Assembly: GCA_038867615.1 (NCBI GenBank)
Contig: JAWBYA010000019.1
Coordinates: 1-10,273 of the forward strand
Reading direction: 5' to 3'
DNA from: Sulfolobales archaeon
GTDB taxonomy: Archaea; Thermoproteota; Thermoprotei_A; Sulfolobales; AG1
Length of the DNA: 10,273 nt
In this document: positions 7,850-10,273 of the stretch, one piece after another
Position numbering within the stretch: position 1 is the stretch's first letter
How the letters are laid out: each line of letters starts with the position of its first letter
Program-made: the position numbers and the translations under genes
Notes under the pieces: generated by a model
What the model was told of the DNA's origin: nothing
The model's database searches: none
The model's input: only the letters and a program-made list of their open reading frames with translations

Positions 7850-8329
7850 ATGAAAGAGATAGAGATAGCGAAGAAGATAACTCTACTTAATCCATCAGTG
7901 TTTCTGAGTGTATCAGGTGGAAAAGATTCCGCTGTAGCGGCGCATTACGCTCTAGCACTGCTTGAGAAAGCTGGTTTCGACAGATCAAATATAGTGATGA
8001 TCCACGCGGTTACGCCACTCTCACTGCCAGAGAACCTAGAATATGTGAAGAAGCTAGCTAATTTCATGAATGTGAAACTTGAGATAGCACAATATGATCC
8101 ACGGTACGGCTTAGACTACATTGCGAATGGAGGAGGGTTGCCTTGGATCATGAACAGGTGGTGTATGGATAAGTGGAAGGTTAGACCATTACGATCGATA
8201 ATGAGTAAATATCGATATCCACATGTTGTCACACTTGGGATCAGAACCTCTGAATCATTGAGAAGATTCAACATCTACTCAGACAAAGAACCGCTATACT
8301 TTGAAACGAGGGAGAAAAGATATGTGTGA
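7850..8329 (+). pseudogene. PAPS reductase/DndC-like PP-loop protein, C-terminally truncated
   Basis: SVSGGKDS PP-loop, LPENLEYV, RWCMDKWKVRPL, LGIRTSESLRR. It stops at 159 aa, just before the expected PIxxW and terminal GCxxC motifs. Confidence 0.7.
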
Positions 8330-8826
8330 CATCTATGCTGGTAGCACTGCTGAAATATGGTTTGAAGCTACAGCAAGAACCGGTTGCAGGTGTTCATGTA
8401 GATCATAGATTCTACCACCCAGTAGACGATATAAAGGTGGATGTGATGGTCGATGGATTCAGAGAGGAGGGGAGAATAGTGTGGAACCTAGCACCAGTGC
8501 TAAGAAGATATGGGAGCCTAACACTTGAGCACGCAGTGATCGCAAAACTAGTTAGAAGGGCATTCGATAAAAGAACAGATGCATATGATGTCTCCGTAAG
8601 CATCCCATCCATAGATATTGATAGGTTCACAGAGATATATAGAGAGTTGAGAAATACAAACCAAGAGCTAGCGGAAAGGGTCGAGCCACACCTCAACATA
8701 GTAGAAGAATATATCAGAGAGGACTTTCCAGCCACAGAAGCATCAATAATACTTACAAGGCTAAGAGAGATAAGAAACAGAATCAGAAGCGTGGGGGAGG
8801 CAAAAAGATCTGCCGTGAAAAGCTAG
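8326..8826 (+). CDS. Hypothetical protein resembling the C-terminal part of a pol-beta-type (AbiEii-like) nucleotidyltransferase; possibly 5'-truncated
   Basis: TLEHAVIAKLVRRAFDKRTDAYDV resembles the 'LExLIAxKL...RxxDxYD' motif, and KVDVMV could supply the third Asp. No N-terminal GG..DxD motif is present. GTGA overlap with the upstream stop. Confidence 0.5.
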   Translation: MTSMLVALLKYGLKLQQEPVAGVHVDHRFYHPVDDIKVDVMVDGFREEGRIVWNLAPVLRRYGSLTLEHAVIAKLVRRAFDKRTDAYDVSVSIPSIDIDRFTEIYRELRNTNQELAERVEPHLNIVEEYIREDFPATEASIILTRLREIRNRIRSVGEAKRSAVKS

Positions 8827-8830
8827 ATCT

Positions 8831-9331
8831 TCATAGCACAGCGAATACTTTGATCGAGCCGTCGAAGCTATATATAATGAATGGCCCTTCCTTAGACCCT
8901 GGCATTCCTGGGGATCCCTGTGGCATCCCCGGAAGAGATATTCCCTTGATATTTGGTTTTTCGTTGATGAGCTTCTTAATAGCCTCTGCGGGCACGTGCC
9001 CTACTATTAGATAGCCTTCTACTATTGATACGTGGCATGATCTCAGCTCAACAGGGATTCCCAGCTTATCCATCAACCCATCTATATCATCTATAACTCT
9101 AACCCCTACCTCAGCACCCAAGCTAGAGAGATACCCTGCATATCTAGTGCAGCACACACATGCAGGAGACTTATATAGTGTTATGCTCAACCCACTAAGA
9201 TCAATACTGCGATCTCCAGAACCGCCAATACCAGCCATGTAGATCACAGCAACAACTAATATAGATACCGGGATCAGAAGCAGGGCAGCCCTTCTAAGGA
9301 TAGATCTCCTTCCCCTCGATCTCTTCCCCAT
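8831..9331 (-). CDS. DUF411 family (CopG-like) exported metal-binding protein
   Basis: LYKSPACVCC, LRSCHV, GHVPAEAI and PGMPQGSPGM motifs; Arg-rich N-terminus plus TM/signal helix; RBS GGTGGGG. Confidence 0.92.
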   Translation of the reverse strand: MGKRSRGRRSILRRAALLLIPVSILVVAVIYMAGIGGSGDRSIDLSGLSITLYKSPACVCCTRYAGYLSSLGAEVGVRVIDDIDGLMDKLGIPVELRSCHVSIVEGYLIVGHVPAEAIKKLINEKPNIKGISLPGMPQGSPGMPGSKEGPFIIYSFDGSIKVFAVL

Positions 9332-9349
9332 CAGATCCCCACCAACATG

Positions 9350-9358
9350 TATATATAG
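9350..9358 (-). promoter_or_regulatory. Possible TATA box for the DUF411 gene
   Basis: CTATATATA on the minus strand, 19-27 nt upstream of the ATG at 9331. Confidence 0.3.
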
Positions 9359-9456
9359 AGAAAAATAGGGAGAAGATCAATGCTTTGTCCAGCCAACCCT
9401 TCGAACACAGCTAGCAAGAGACAGAAATATACCATACATATTTGTTGGGGGTGGCA

Positions 9457-9738
9457 TTGGCTGTTGTTGAAAGGGAGAGGAGCAAGAAAGATAGATCAGA
9501 GATATTGAGCGAAGTGATAGCAAACCTCACATTGTAGGATGCATATAGAGAAGAACTATTCAAACTAGCAGAAGAGATGAAAATACCGGCAAGAGAAGAC
9601 ATTATTAGGAACTTCGTAGCAGCATGCCTCGTTATAAGAGGCAAGGCAACAAAATCATTTGTTGATAAAAATATAGCATCTAGTGCCAAGGGACGGAGGC
9701 TTTGGGAGGAAAAGCTGAGAGAGCATCTAAAACTCTGA
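9457..9738 (+). pseudogene. Small gene (about 93 codons) interrupted by one in-frame TAG at 9535-9537
   Basis: Frame 1 reads (M)AVVERERSKKDRSEILSEVIANLTL*DAYREELFKLAEEMKIPAREDIIRNFVAACLVIRGKATKSFVDKNIASSAKGRRLWEEKLREHLKL*. The TTG start follows RBS GGGGGTGG, and composition is coding-like and purine-rich on both sides of the stop. Confidence 0.6.
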
Positions 9739-9774
9739 ACAATATACTATGCAGTGTTCAATCAATCCAGATTC

Positions 9775-9782
9775 TTTTTATC
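9775..9782 (+). promoter_or_regulatory. Possible TATA box for the wHTH gene
   Basis: TTTTTATC, 26-33 nt upstream of the ATG at 9808. Confidence 0.3.
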
Positions 9783-9807
9783 TCTCATCGATATTGTTGG
9801 GAAGCAT

Positions 9808-10273
9808 ATGGCTTCTAAATCTAGGGTTAGGTCTAGGAGGAGGAGCTATTTCCCACCATCTATTGTTGCCAGACTTTGCCCGGAGTCTGGAGAGCCTAGC
9901 TATGAAACCATTGCTCTCAAGATGCTTGTTGAGAGGAGTGGGAAGGATCTTTTGCATGCTAGCGAGGTTGCCAAGGAACTCTCAATAAATGTTGGAAGGG
10001 CATATTATATTCTTTCGAGGCTTGAGAAATTGGGACTTGCGAAGAGCTATAGGGATCCTGATAACGGTAGAGTTGGCTTCACAGTAAATCTAGATAGAAG
10101 GTGGAAGAAGGAACTTGCCTATGCCATTATGACTGGGCTTAGAACAAGATCCCTGGGAGAGCTATGTAGAAGAGTTGTTGAGAATATGAATATGCTTCAA
10201 TACCGGAAAAGCGATGTATCCAAAGAGGTTGGGAGAGCTAAAGAAGAAGTAGCAGAGGAGAAGGAGTCACACA
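9808..10273 (+). CDS. Winged helix-turn-helix DNA-binding protein (TrmB/IclR/MarR-like HTH), 3'-partial
   Basis: Not in the ORF track because it has no stop in the window. MASKSRVRSRRRSYFPPS...LHASEVAKELSINVGRAYYILSRLEKLGLAKSYRDPDNGRVGFTVN... is a classic wHTH with wing, open to the end of the window (155 codons). Confidence 0.85.
   Translation, partial: MASKSRVRSRRRSYFPPSIVARLCPESGEPSYETIALKMLVERSGKDLLHASEVAKELSINVGRAYYILSRLEKLGLAKSYRDPDNGRVGFTVNLDRRWKKELAYAIMTGLRTRSLGELCRRVVENMNMLQYRKSDVSKEVGRAKEEVAEEKESH

Noticed and set aside
8328-8408. Frame-3 peptide DIYAGSTAEIWFEATARTGCRCSCRS as a frameshifted C-terminus of the PAPS-reductase-like protein
   Set aside because: RTGCRC only superficially resembles the GCxxC motif. 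The PIxxW segment is absent, the spacing is too short, and the region is better explained by the frame-1 ORF.
5851-8735. ORFs 5851..6075, 6636..6878, 7556..7816, 7577..7813, 8412..8735
   Set aside because: Shadow or alternative-frame ORFs overlapping better-supported CDSs.
8895-8935. Short repeat/hairpin in the DUF411 gene
   Set aside because: It simply encodes the conserved PGMPQGSPGMPG motif.
9535-9537. Amber recoding (pyrrolysine or alternative genetic code)
   Set aside because: Several genes in the window end at TAG at sensible positions (3378, 3386, 5451, 8826), and no pyl genes are visible.
9411-9988. Listed ORFs 9411..9689 (-) and 9749..9988 (+)
   Set aside because: The first is the antisense of the amber-interrupted plus-strand gene. 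The second overlaps out of frame with the wHTH gene starting at 9808, which has a clear motif.

Overview
Gene-dense archaeal DNA, most likely hyperthermophilic Thermoproteota (Crenarchaeota). This is inferred from a TFB gene with a crenarchaeal-type degenerate Zn ribbon, a class III signal-peptide pilin, GGTG/GGAG ribosome-binding sites, AGG/ATA codon preference and a Sulfolobales-style IS200/IS605 end. From left to right: the 3' part of a large unknown protein (open from base 3 to 2057); a solitary 37-bp IS200/IS605 end hairpin; a membrane protein resembling conjugative PrgI/VirB4-N-terminal proteins, translationally coupled to a type IV pilin; a compact Fe-S XPD/Rad3 helicase divergent from a PNK-type HAD phosphatase; two small unknown genes divergent from a tfb-thyX-PAPS reductase-like (truncated)-nucleotidyltransferase-like (truncated) operon; a DUF411 metal-binding protein; an amber-interrupted small gene; and a winged-HTH regulator running off the end. 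The last two are missing from the ORF track. The mix of diverged paralogues of core genes, transfer-like genes and orphans looks more like a large mobile or integrated element or accessory island than core chromosome, but no integrase, replication protein or capsid gene is visible, so that remains an inference.
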